From assembly GCA_964601505.1 (NCBI GenBank), contig CAZRNR010000006.1, positions 2,515-66,514 of the forward strand: a stretch of 64,000 nt of DNA, read 5' to 3'. A model generated the notes under the pieces. That model searched no databases and was not told where the DNA came from. It worked only from the letters and a program-made list of their open reading frames with translations. The number at the start of each line of letters is the position of its first letter. The first letter of the stretch is position 1. Shown here piece after piece: positions 19,193 to 29,049 of the stretch. Source of the stretch: an uncultured bacterium. Its GTDB lineage: Bacteria > Calescibacteriota > Calescibacteriia > Calescibacteriales > Calescibacteriaceae. The position numbers were made by a program, and so were the translations under genes.

Positions 19193-19635
19193 GGCTAAAA
19201 ACCTCCTTTCTTTTTTGAAAGGAAAATGTTATCTTAAAATGTTATAATTAGTCAATCAGTTTTGGTGTTTAATCATCAGCAAAAGGAATGTGAAATTTTC
19301 AGAAATCTTTGCTTCTCCATACACCCCGAAAATTGCCCTTCAAGAAAACATGATCAAATCTGCAACATTTCTGCATCACAAAAAACAACGGAAAGTTCAT
19401 TCTAGCCCAAGTCTTTCAACAATTGTTTAAAATCTTACAAACGAAACCCAAATAGTTTTAAGCCTCAGCTAAAATAGAGGTGAAAATAGAATACCGAAGA
19501 AACATAAATTACAATGAAACGAGAGCAATACACAGTGCTGCCATGAGATTCTTCTGAAGTTCAAAAATATATCAGATCATAGTTGTAAAAACAAACAATG
19601 AAAAATATTTCCATATTGCAGGGAAAATTAAATTT

Positions 19636-20055
19636 TTGATAGATATGCAGTTGATAGCTATGATACTTTCTTTTATAACCTACCCGTTCTACTCTTCTGC
19701 TATAACGCTAAAGGACATGATAAGAGAAAAATGGAAAGGGATAGATTTCGGATCCATGCAGGATAGTTTCTATGTTATGAGCTTCTTTATGCTGTTTTCC
19801 AAATACATAATACTTTTTTCAAGCATCCTGGGGGCACTCACTGCGACCTACATATCAAAAGAAATGTTTCATTCCCCAACTATAAATTTCCTTGTTGGAT
19901 TATCCTCTTTTATTATCACATACTGGATAGTTTCTGTTGCGGTGTTTCTTGTTCAAGCTATGTCATGGCTCTCGTCAACCATCAGAAAGGTTTCAAAGGA
20001 TGTGGAACAGATATCCAGAAGATCGGATGAAGACATAAAGAAAATAGTTCATTAA
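19636..20055 (+). CDS. hypothetical membrane protein
   Basis: 139 aa with about 3-4 hydrophobic helices. Ends 2 nt before the helicase gene. The start is uncertain: TTG at 19636 or ATG at 19645. Confidence 0.5.
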   Translation: MIDMQLIAMILSFITYPFYSSAITLKDMIREKWKGIDFGSMQDSFYVMSFFMLFSKYIILFSSILGALTATYISKEMFHSPTINFLVGLSSFIITYWIVSVAVFLVQAMSWLSSTIRKVSKDVEQISRRSDEDIKKIVH

Positions 20056-20057
20056 TC

Positions 20058-21377
20058 ATGCTAACATATAAAAACGGTTTGATATGGGCAAAAGCTGATA
20101 TTCTCGAAAAGATAAAGGAACTCAAATATAAGAATTTTAAAGATCAAATTGTCCTATATCCTTCAGATATTGTTTTCAAAAAACCACAGCTTATAGGAGA
20201 AATAAAAGGATTGATGTTTCTTCCTGAACCTAATGTGAAAAAATCACCTGATTTGAGAAGATACCAATCTGAAATCTATGAGAGATGGGCAGAGAAGAAA
20301 AAAGGTGTGATAGTTATGCCAACAGGTGCTGGAAAAACTCTTGTTGGAATAAAAGCAGTTTGTGACATACATAAACCTGCTTTATGTGTTGTACCGACTC
20401 TTTCCCTTGTTGATCAATGGCTTGAAAAATTCAAAGATTTTTCAGATGATATTGGAGAATGGACGGGAAGAAGAAAAGCACTCGCACCTATAACTGTCTC
20501 TACATATGATTCAGCTTCAATTTCAGCTGATTTTCTTGGCAACAAGTTTGAAATCTTGATCTTTGATGAAGTACATCATCTTCCCTCTGAAAACTACAGA
20601 AGAATAGCTCTCTTTTCTATAGCACAGTACAGAATGGGATTAACTGCAACACTTGAAAGGGAAGATAATCTCCACGAACTCATCAAAGATCTTGTTGGGG
20701 ATACATACGAATTGAGTTATAAGGATGTAGAGGATTTCCTCGCCGACTGGGAAATCAAGCAGATAAAGGTCAGAATATCTCGCGAAAATTATTCAAAGTA
20801 TAGAGAACTTATGAGTAAGTATATAAGCTTTTGTATAAAGCAAGGCCTTGACCCGCGAGAGAAGACGAGCTTTCTCAGAGTCATAAACATGTCCGCACAC
20901 TCACAAGAAGCAAGAGAAGCTCTTTTATCTCATAGGTTAGCCAAGGATATATCCAAAAATTCGGGCGAAAAGTTAGAAGTTGTCGGACAACTCATTCAGA
21001 AACATCAAAATGACAAAATCATAATATTCACGGACAGCCAGAGCATGGCTTACAGAATATCCGAAACTTTCCTTATACCCTGTATAACATCCGATATACC
21101 TCAGGAGGAAAGGCAAAAGTATATGGTCGGTTTTTCATCAGGAGTTTATCATGCTATAGTTTCCGCTCATGTTTTAGATGAAGGTATAGATGTTCCTGAT
21201 GCTTCTTGTGCGATAGTAGTTTCCGGTTCCTCAAGCTCAAGAGAATTCATACAAAGACTTGGCAGAATCCTAAGGCCATCAAAGCCTAAAGCAGTTTTAT
21301 ACGAAATCATATCTGCTGGAACATCGGAAAAGTTCTCCTCAGAAAGGAGAAAAAATAAGTTAGAAGATTTTGACTGA
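20058..21377 (+). CDS. XPB/ERCC3-like SF2 DNA helicase
   Basis: 439 aa. Walker A MPTGAGKT, DEVH box (IFDEVHHL), XPB-specific RED motif (LTATLEREDN), motif VI QRLGRILR. Confidence 0.8.
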   Translation: MLTYKNGLIWAKADILEKIKELKYKNFKDQIVLYPSDIVFKKPQLIGEIKGLMFLPEPNVKKSPDLRRYQSEIYERWAEKKKGVIVMPTGAGKTLVGIKAVCDIHKPALCVVPTLSLVDQWLEKFKDFSDDIGEWTGRRKALAPITVSTYDSASISADFLGNKFEILIFDEVHHLPSENYRRIALFSIAQYRMGLTATLEREDNLHELIKDLVGDTYELSYKDVEDFLADWEIKQIKVRISRENYSKYRELMSKYISFCIKQGLDPREKTSFLRVINMSAHSQEAREALLSHRLAKDISKNSGEKLEVVGQLIQKHQNDKIIIFTDSQSMAYRISETFLIPCITSDIPQEERQKYMVGFSSGVYHAIVSAHVLDEGIDVPDASCAIVVSGSSSSREFIQRLGRILRPSKPKAVLYEIISAGTSEKFSSERRKNKLEDFD

Positions 21378-21428
21378 AACAAAACTGAAAATTGACCAAA
21401 CACTCAATAGGAATTATAAAAAGTTTTT

Positions 21429-22490
21429 ATGGATCTAGAACTTAGCGATCAGCAAGAACTTCTCGTGAAAACCTGTGAGGATTTCGCTTCAAAGGAGATA
21501 AGACCGAAGATAAGAGAGAAAGAAAAAGAAGGTGTGAAGGATCTAAGGGACCAGATATACGAACTTGGCTTGTTCGGTGTTGAATTTCCAGAAATTTTCG
21601 GTGGCGCTGGTATGGGAATGATTGAAAGAGCTCTAGTCCTAAAAACACTCTCTGAAAAAGGAGATGGTGGAACCGTATTCTCAATATTCTACCCATTATT
21701 TCCTATGTATGCTATTTTTGAACTCTCGGAATCTAAGGATATTCTAAAAGATGCAATATCGGGGAAAATAAAAATGGCACTCGCAAAATGCGGACTTGCA
21801 CCATCATACATAAGAACAAAACCAATAACACCTGAAGAAGAAATAAAAGTCATCGTAGAAGATAGAAACATAAGAAGAATAATATTCTTCGCTGAGGAAA
21901 AAAAAGGAATCTATTCATTATATTATTCTGATGAATTTGAGTTCGGAAATGAACTCTTTAGATCAGGAGTTCTATCATCCCCAGCTTTTGAAGTAAAGGT
22001 CAAAAAGTCTGAAAAGATAGCCGAAAATGTCCTATCAAATCCAAACTGGGAGAAATTCCTCTCAAGAATCAAGCTTTCGATATCAGCAATATGTGTCGGG
22101 ATTTGCAAGGCAGCAGCAGATTACGCACTTGAATATGCTCTTGAAAGAATAGCTTTTGGAAGACCTATAGCATACCACCAAGCCATATCTTTTATGCTCG
22201 CAGATATGGATATACTCTCGGATTCCCTTGAAATATCTCTCTATAAATCCTGTTATGATTTTGACAAACAGAAAGAATTTTACGAAGACTCCTCAACCGA
22301 ACTTATTCTTGAAACCCTATCCACCGGCAGAAAAATAGTTTCAGATGCAGTTCAAATACTTGGAGGACACGGTTATATAAAAGATCATCCAGTTGAAAAA
22401 TGGATGAGAGATTTTGAAGATATAATACATACATTTGGTTCCCCCACTATGTATGAAGGAAGTATTAAAAACTTGCAGGCCGGCATATAG
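21429..22490 (+). CDS. acyl-CoA dehydrogenase family protein (divergent middle domain)
   Basis: 353 aa. The N-terminal helical domain and the C-terminal GGHGYIKDHPVEKWMRD ... YEGS are typical of ACADs. Confidence 0.7.
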   Translation: MDLELSDQQELLVKTCEDFASKEIRPKIREKEKEGVKDLRDQIYELGLFGVEFPEIFGGAGMGMIERALVLKTLSEKGDGGTVFSIFYPLFPMYAIFELSESKDILKDAISGKIKMALAKCGLAPSYIRTKPITPEEEIKVIVEDRNIRRIIFFAEEKKGIYSLYYSDEFEFGNELFRSGVLSSPAFEVKVKKSEKIAENVLSNPNWEKFLSRIKLSISAICVGICKAAADYALEYALERIAFGRPIAYHQAISFMLADMDILSDSLEISLYKSCYDFDKQKEFYEDSSTELILETLSTGRKIVSDAVQILGGHGYIKDHPVEKWMRDFEDIIHTFGSPTMYEGSIKNLQAGI

Positions 22491-22773
22491 TTCTATTTAA
22501 ATATACCCAAATTTATAAAAATCAAATTATGATACCCCGCTCAAACACAAAATAACAGAATACTGTGCTACAATGTTATTCATCAAAGAATAACAAACTT
22601 TTTCAAAACAACAGACCAAAAAGATAGGCAAAAACCACCAAAAGTTTTCGATAAGAAAACTTAAAACATATATAACTCTGCTACCTTAATTTTCACAGAT
22701 TAACTGATAACACTTACTTTAAAAATGTAAGGATTTTTCTCAATCATCAGATTAAGTTTGATAGTAAGGCGTG

Positions 22774-24768
22774 TCAGTTTATGCAGGTAGGTTTTGAGGC
22801 TTTTTTCCCAAATACTTCCTTGAATCTTTCAAAATCTCTTTCCCATAGGCACAGTGTATGGGCTTGCTTCAGATATCCGAACTTATATATCGTCGGATTA
22901 TCAAAATTCTCCACAAGTATATTGGGACTCGGATAGAAAAATTCTACATATCTTCTTTCCGCTACCTTCCTTGCTTCATCCAATATCTTTTGCATCTGCT
23001 CAAGGTGATTATTATATTCGCTATTTAAAATGCCCTCATAAAGAGTTCTTATAAAATTCGCACGAAGGTATGTTATCAAAACACCATCTTTTATCTCGTC
23101 AATGATTCTCTTCCATGGTCCTTTATCATCAACTGATGATAACGAGTGGTATATGCCTTTCATTTGCTCCTCAAATATTCCAAGTTTGTTAAGGATCTTT
23201 TCAACATCTGTTCTGGATTTTTTAGCATCCTCAAACGATATTCTACATGGTTGAGAAATAATAACCTTAGTCTGACATGCTAAATCAACATAAAAATCTT
23301 CTCCAGAGAGATAAGCAGCGAGTTCCTCTCTTATAAGATAATGATATTGCACTTCTGCAAGTTTGCTAACAAGTTCAGCAACATCCTTTTGTATGAAAAA
23401 CTCATTAAGAAGATCCGAAAATGTTTCTGGAGCAGGATAATAAGACACCCTTAAAGAAACATAATCATTTAGCCAGTATCCCCACTCCCAGCCAGATGAA
23501 AATATAATGTGTGCGTAAAAGTTTTTAATAGAAGATCTATCAGATCGCCTGAAGATCTCAAAAATATCGAACCACCTTGATATAACATATATAGGCAAAT
23601 ACAGAGGCACTGAGTTATCAAATGCAACCCAATAAGATGTTTCCGGCTTATAACCAGTCTTTCTACCTTCCTTCATCATCTGAAAAAGAAAATCTCTGTG
23701 CTCACTAAAATCTTTGTGATTGTATGCGCCTCCGGCGGAATCAAAAAGATTGTAATACATAACAGTATGCACAAGATTTACAATCTGCGGATTAGCAAAC
23801 TTTACAAGGAAGTAATACAAAAGCTTCTCCCCATTATACTCAACACGAAGATTTTCAAAATTCCCAACATGAACTGTAGTATGAACTTCAATAGAACTGT
23901 TGATAGACTTTATCTTTTCATAAGTTTCATTCAAAACACGAACAAATGTATTTGGTTCTTCTCCAATGAATTCTCCAAAAGATAAATTCACCACATCAAA
24001 AGGGAGAGAAAAAATTTTGAGGAAGTTCTCATCTGTTCTGAGAAGATAAGCATTCTGCAAACTTGATTGAGAGAATATCTGCACATTCACACCAACTTTT
24101 ACACCTATGCTGTGGGCATAATCAATTATCCTTGATGAAAGATCTTTCCATTCCTTATATCTTGATTCGTTGTTTATATCTCCCAGTGGGACCCATTGAA
24201 CAAAATTTCCCCTGTTCAGAACAATCCAGCGTATGATTTTTTTAGCTTCCTCAAAGTTTCCCGGAAAGTGAAAAGAAACAAAAGCTTCGGTTGGATGAAG
24301 GGTATGAAGATGCAACCCCCTTATAGCAACAGACGGCTCAAAAATCTTTTTTGATATCCTCGCAATTGCACTCCTGACAGATTCCTCATCTATATACTGA
24401 GGCTCTATGAAAAAAAACGGATGAGGAAATCTAAAACCTGATATCTCAAAAACTGCAGCCACTCCATAAATCATCCCAAGTATTTCCCCTCCCTTTACGA
24501 GAAAAAATAAATCTTTATCCTCGAGCACATAGCATTCCACACATTCCGAACCCTGAACAAATACATTTATCCCCTTCTTTTCAATACACTGCAAAGGATC
24601 CTGACACATTGAAACTTTGATCTTATCAAGTTTTAGTTCCTTCAGGAAATTGATAAGTTTTTGCTCTGGCGTCATTATATTAATAAACGTTTTTCTTCTA
24701 CCATTACCATCAGCACAGGAAATAATGGCCAAAGAAGAAAGAAAAGCCGTTATAAATAGCTTCACCAT
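22774..24768 (-). CDS. hypothetical lipoprotein (possibly glycosidase-like)
   Basis: 664 aa. Signal peptide with lipobox-like AIISC. I recognise no family with confidence. Confidence 0.6.
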   Translation of the reverse strand: MVKLFITAFLSSLAIISCADGNGRRKTFINIMTPEQKLINFLKELKLDKIKVSMCQDPLQCIEKKGINVFVQGSECVECYVLEDKDLFFLVKGGEILGMIYGVAAVFEISGFRFPHPFFFIEPQYIDEESVRSAIARISKKIFEPSVAIRGLHLHTLHPTEAFVSFHFPGNFEEAKKIIRWIVLNRGNFVQWVPLGDINNESRYKEWKDLSSRIIDYAHSIGVKVGVNVQIFSQSSLQNAYLLRTDENFLKIFSLPFDVVNLSFGEFIGEEPNTFVRVLNETYEKIKSINSSIEVHTTVHVGNFENLRVEYNGEKLLYYFLVKFANPQIVNLVHTVMYYNLFDSAGGAYNHKDFSEHRDFLFQMMKEGRKTGYKPETSYWVAFDNSVPLYLPIYVISRWFDIFEIFRRSDRSSIKNFYAHIIFSSGWEWGYWLNDYVSLRVSYYPAPETFSDLLNEFFIQKDVAELVSKLAEVQYHYLIREELAAYLSGEDFYVDLACQTKVIISQPCRISFEDAKKSRTDVEKILNKLGIFEEQMKGIYHSLSSVDDKGPWKRIIDEIKDGVLITYLRANFIRTLYEGILNSEYNNHLEQMQKILDEARKVAERRYVEFFYPSPNILVENFDNPTIYKFGYLKQAHTLCLWERDFERFKEVFGKKASKPTCIN

Positions 24769-24989
24769 AAACTATACTCTATATAGTTATTCAAGTTATT
24801 CAGAAGGAATGAGACAAGATTTTTAGTAATACAAATACACAAAAATTTACGGAATTATCCAGAAGAAATCACATACAAGATGAACAAAATCAAAAACTTA
24901 AATCTTGATTAGAGTCAAGAAGGGTCAAAAAGGAAAAAATTATAAAAATTGGTATAAGGGTCGAATTTGATGCTTCTTATACTTTTGAG

Positions 24990-26114
24990 TTAATTCCAAT
25001 TTCTGAGGAGATATGATGTTATTGGAGGGGGACCGAGAGTGATATCGGCTATAACATCTGGAGACGCTATTTTTATATCATCTGGGACTGATTGCCCAGT
25101 TGTGATAAATGCTACAGGAGTTTCAGTCGCACATCCCACATTCAAAATCGTTCCAGGATAAGAAGTTTCATCAACCTTTGTAAATATAAAATAATCAATA
25201 CCTATTTCTGAAAATCCTCTTATAACCAAGATTATTTCCTCATCTTTCTGCGAAGTAGATATAAGTAAAGCAACTTCAACTTTACTGTGATTATTTATTT
25301 GGGATATTATAGAGGAAATCCTTTTGATGTTTTTTACATCGTACTGACTCTTTCCCATTGTATCAATAACTACAAGGTCGAAATTAGAAAGCTTTGGTAG
25401 AACTTTTTGAATCTCCTCTGGAGTTGTAGCGACAAAGAGAGGAACTCCCATAATTTCGGCATACTTTTTCATTTGGTCCACAGAAGCTATTCTATATCTA
25501 TCTGTTTCAAGGAGAGCTATGTTTTTTGATCTTGTGATAGCATACGTAGCAGATATTTTGGCAGCAGTTGTGGTCTTACCGACACCAGTCGGACCAACGA
25601 GAGCTATAAATTTTTTCCTAACATCTTGAAGGGGATTCCTAAAAGTCATATATCTTGATATAACAGATGATAAACCACTCAGGTCAAATTTCATTTTTGA
25701 AGTCATGATATCCTCAGTTATTGAAAGGGCGATACTTCTTTCTACTCCACGAGCAATGAGTTTTTTGAAGAATAAGAGGGCTTCTTTTGGTAATTTCAAT
25801 TCCGCAGGGTTCATCGCTTTTTTCGAGATGAACTCAATGTTCTCTTTTACATAAACAAACTCTCTTTTGAGCTCATCTATTTTCTGAATCACTTGCTGAA
25901 GTTCTGTCATCTTATTAATAGTCTCGGCGATGCCCTCATTATCCTTGTTCTTTATCTCCGGAACACCAACTATAACCTCATAAAATCTTTCTCCACCAAT
26001 CATTTTTTCCTCATATCCAAGCAAAACAGCATTTCCATTTGTATCTTCTTTTATTTTCTCAAAGATCTTCAAGAGATTCTTGCCGGAAAATTTCTTTATG
26101 ACAGAGTATTTCAC
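24990..26114 (-). CDS. flhF: flagellar biosynthesis GTPase FlhF
   Basis: 374 aa. SRP-type GTPase motifs GPTGVGKTTTAAKI, DTMGKS and TKVDET, with an FlhF-like N-terminus. Confidence 0.85.
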   Translation of the reverse strand: MKYSVIKKFSGKNLLKIFEKIKEDTNGNAVLLGYEEKMIGGERFYEVIVGVPEIKNKDNEGIAETINKMTELQQVIQKIDELKREFVYVKENIEFISKKAMNPAELKLPKEALLFFKKLIARGVERSIALSITEDIMTSKMKFDLSGLSSVISRYMTFRNPLQDVRKKFIALVGPTGVGKTTTAAKISATYAITRSKNIALLETDRYRIASVDQMKKYAEIMGVPLFVATTPEEIQKVLPKLSNFDLVVIDTMGKSQYDVKNIKRISSIISQINNHSKVEVALLISTSQKDEEIILVIRGFSEIGIDYFIFTKVDETSYPGTILNVGCATETPVAFITTGQSVPDDIKIASPDVIADITLGPPPITSYLLRNWN

Positions 26115-26137
26115 AAATATAATTATACTTTTTTGAT

Positions 26138-26701
26138 ATGCTTGTCATTTTGAACCTTGATTCTCCATCTTTTCACCCGTTTGAAATAAACAAGGAACTT
26201 TTTGAAGATTGCAAGAAATTCTTTCATGTTTTTTCATTTGATTTTGAATGTGTGAGTATTGGTAAGTTCTCAGAAGTCATCAACTTTGGTTATCCTTATT
26301 TCAGGCGAATATCTGGCGGAGGACTAGTTTTCCATGGTCCTCATAGAGATATATCAATGGCATTCTCCTTTTTTTCTCGTTCTATAAATATAAGGGAGAT
26401 CTTCAGTCAAATTTATTTAAAATTATTAAATTTTATAAGATTAAATTTAGGTTTTAAATGTTCTATCAGAGATGATGGGATATATTCTAATGGCGATAAA
26501 ATATTTGGAATGGCTGCTGCAAGGAAGAAGAATTTTTTTCTCATAGAGGGATGCATACTGGCTGGATCTAACGACGTTAAAAGAAATATTATAAAAAAAG
26601 AATTTATGTGCTTTCAAAATTTTGGTGTAGAAATTAAAAATTTCTACGATATCTCCTACAACTTACTCAAATTTTTGAAGGAAAATTTCGTAGAAATATG
26701 A
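26138..26701 (+). CDS. biotin/lipoate A/B protein ligase family protein (short)
   Basis: 187 aa. RRISGGGLVFHG resembles the LplA/LipB RRxSGGGAVYHD motif. Short for the family. Confidence 0.5.
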   Translation: MLVILNLDSPSFHPFEINKELFEDCKKFFHVFSFDFECVSIGKFSEVINFGYPYFRRISGGGLVFHGPHRDISMAFSFFSRSINIREIFSQIYLKLLNFIRLNLGFKCSIRDDGIYSNGDKIFGMAAARKKNFFLIEGCILAGSNDVKRNIIKKEFMCFQNFGVEIKNFYDISYNLLKFLKENFVEI

Positions 26702-26960
26702 TCAAAAATGATCTTATTATTTAGCTTGTCGGATTTTTCTCAAAAATTTTTCATTTTTTATCACTTTGGAAAGAAAAATTTTTAAAATAATTTTCGTAAA
26801 GAAATAAAAATTTTTGTTTTTGTTCATTGTTATGAAAAAAGATATAAATTTTTACAAAAAATTTTCTTACAAAGGATTTTTATATTATATTTTTATTTTT
26901 ATTAAAAAAATATGATAAAGGATAAAAGGGGGAAAATTAATAAATAGAGGTAAATAAAGG

Positions 26961-27926
26961 ATGGTAAGATTAGAAAAGGGTTCAGCACTAATAATTGTAG
27001 ATGTTCAGAATGATTTTATGCCTGGAGGAGCTCTAGCGGTACCTGATGGAGATAAAATAATCAGCCAGATAAACAGATATATAGAGAGGTTCAAGGGACA
27101 CAACATCTTTGCCACATGCGATTGGCATCCGGAAAATCACATATCCTTTCAACAAAGGGGTGGGCCTTGGCCACCGCATTGTATCCAGAACACCGAAGGA
27201 GCTAAGTTCCACAAAGACCTAAAGCTCCCAGAGAATACAAACATAATAAAGAAGGCTTCTGACCCAGATAAGGATGCGTATTCAGGCTTTGAAGGAACAG
27301 AATTAGCAAGCAAATTGAAGGATCTTGGAGTTAATACTCTCTTTATTTGTGGGGTAGCTACAGAATACTGCGTAAAAAACACTGTCCTTGATGCCCTGAA
27401 AAATGGATTTAAAACCTACTTACTTACTGACGCTATAAGAGGGATAAATGAAGCTGACTCTCAAAAAGCTATAGAAGAGATGAAACAAGCTGGAGCTGAA
27501 ACCTTGGAGATAAAAGACATTGAGCCTACCGAAAAAGCCGATAAGGTTATGGAGAAAGCGAAGGAGATAATAAAAGAAGTAACCGAACAAGTTATGAAGG
27601 ATGTCTCAAGGGAAATTAGAAAAAAATCCATAAAAATTTCAAAAGATATTAAAAAAATTGTAAAAAAATCTAAAAAAGATATAAAGAAATTTTTAAGCAA
27701 GAAAAAAGGAGTAAAAGAAGCAGATTTTGTAGCTGAAACTATAAGGAAGGTAGTAGATTCCCTCAAAGGTAAGAAGGTTAGTAAAGAAAGGGGGAAGATT
27801 TCGCCCCGAGGTCTGACCCGGGGCAAAACAAAGAATAAAAAAGGAGGTGGGAAAACTATGGCTACTACTAAAAAAGGTAGTGCAAAAGCAAAACAAAAAG
27901 CAAAAAGCAAAAAAGCGAAAAAATAA
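26961..27926 (+). CDS. pncA: nicotinamidase/isochorismatase-family hydrolase with a ~130-aa Lys-rich C-terminal extension
   Basis: 321 aa. IIVDVQNDF, DWHP.NH and the catalytic-Cys region FICGVATEYCV lie in the first ~190 aa. The rest is a low-complexity K/E/A-rich tail. Confidence 0.8.
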   Translation: MVRLEKGSALIIVDVQNDFMPGGALAVPDGDKIISQINRYIERFKGHNIFATCDWHPENHISFQQRGGPWPPHCIQNTEGAKFHKDLKLPENTNIIKKASDPDKDAYSGFEGTELASKLKDLGVNTLFICGVATEYCVKNTVLDALKNGFKTYLLTDAIRGINEADSQKAIEEMKQAGAETLEIKDIEPTEKADKVMEKAKEIIKEVTEQVMKDVSREIRKKSIKISKDIKKIVKKSKKDIKKFLSKKKGVKEADFVAETIRKVVDSLKGKKVSKERGKISPRGLTRGKTKNKKGGGKTMATTKKGSAKAKQKAKSKKAKK

Positions 27927-27927
27927 T

Positions 27928-27956
27928 AAAAAAGGGGGTATCTAAGCCCCCTTTTA
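27928..27956 (+). terminator. rho-independent terminator (A-tract / GGGGG-8-CCCCC / T-tract; potentially bidirectional)
   Basis: aaaaaaGGGGGtatctaagCCCCCtttt immediately after the pncA stop. Confidence 0.7.
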
Positions 27957-27975
27957 CCTAATTTTAAAAAACTGA

Positions 27976-29049
27976 ATGAAGATCTGCATAGTTGCCGGTG
28001 GAACAGGTGGGCATATAGCTCCCGCACTTGCTGTCGCTGAAAAGATAGAACGAGAAGAAAAATTTTTCATAACCGGCAAATCTCGTGCAAGTGAAAAAAG
28101 ATTCATCAAAAATATAGATGCCAAAGAAATACAATATATAGATGTAAAACCGATTGTCGGAAAAGGTCTGAAATCTGCTCTCGGATTTTTCTCCTCATTC
28201 TTATCATTAAAAGAGTCCTATGAAATTCTCAAAAAAATAAATCCAGATGTCGTTATCGGCTTTGGTGGATATGTATCTGGCCCGGTATGCCTTGCCGGGA
28301 AAATCTTGAAAAAGAAAGTCTTTATACACGAGCAAAACTCAGTTATGGGATTTACGAACAAAGTTGCATCTTTATTTTCAGATAAAGTATTCACTTCTTT
28401 CAAAGAAACGGAAGCTCCTATGTTATTAAAGAAAAAATTCGTGTATTCCTCTTTCCCGCTGCGCAATAAGTTCAAAGAAGATCTCCAACGCGGACTTGAG
28501 AAAAAAAATGATTCAGATAAACTAACCATATTTGTCTCTGGAGGAAGTCAAGGAGCTGTTGGACTCAATAAACTTTTTGTGGAAACTATTGAAAAAATAG
28601 CCAAAGTTTTCCCGAATATAAGAAACCACCTAAAGATTTTTCATCAAACAGGAGATCTTTCATTTGATTTTGTTCATAATTCTCTTTCTTCTTGGAACGC
28701 AGAAGTTTTTCCTTTCACTGATGATTTTGGATTTTTCCTTGGTATGTGTGATATTGCTATATCAAGAGGAGGTGCAGGAACCGTATTCGAAATCGCATTT
28801 TCAAAAAAAGTAGCTATTTTTGTTCCACTGCCAAAATCTGCTGGAGGACACCAGGAGAAAAATCCCAGATATCTCCTTAGTGATTCGTGTTTTATTGTAA
28901 GGCAGTATGAAAAACACAAATTTGAGATAAATCTATCTGACCTCATAATGAATGAAGGTTTGAGGAGAGACTTTGCAGAAAAACTCAAAGATATTCATGT
29001 AGAAGATGGTTCATTCCGTATTTTGAATTTTGTGCGGGAAAGAGGATGA
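27976..29049 (+). CDS. murG: UDP-N-acetylglucosamine--N-acetylmuramyl-(pentapeptide) pyrophosphoryl-undecaprenol GlcNAc transferase
   Basis: 357 aa. GGTGGHIAPALAVAE and the GT28 C-terminal region SRGGAGTVFE. Confidence 0.9.
   Translation: MKICIVAGGTGGHIAPALAVAEKIEREEKFFITGKSRASEKRFIKNIDAKEIQYIDVKPIVGKGLKSALGFFSSFLSLKESYEILKKINPDVVIGFGGYVSGPVCLAGKILKKKVFIHEQNSVMGFTNKVASLFSDKVFTSFKETEAPMLLKKKFVYSSFPLRNKFKEDLQRGLEKKNDSDKLTIFVSGGSQGAVGLNKLFVETIEKIAKVFPNIRNHLKIFHQTGDLSFDFVHNSLSSWNAEVFPFTDDFGFFLGMCDIAISRGGAGTVFEIAFSKKVAIFVPLPKSAGGHQEKNPRYLLSDSCFIVRQYEKHKFEINLSDLIMNEGLRRDFAEKLKDIHVEDGSFRILNFVRERG

Noticed and set aside
19193-19635. Expected CIRCE/HrcA operator upstream of groES.
   Set aside because: No reasonable match to TTAGCACTC-N9-GAGTGCTAA on either strand by eye. 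I saw only a possible sigma-70-like TTGACT ... TAACAT promoter, and I do not annotate it.
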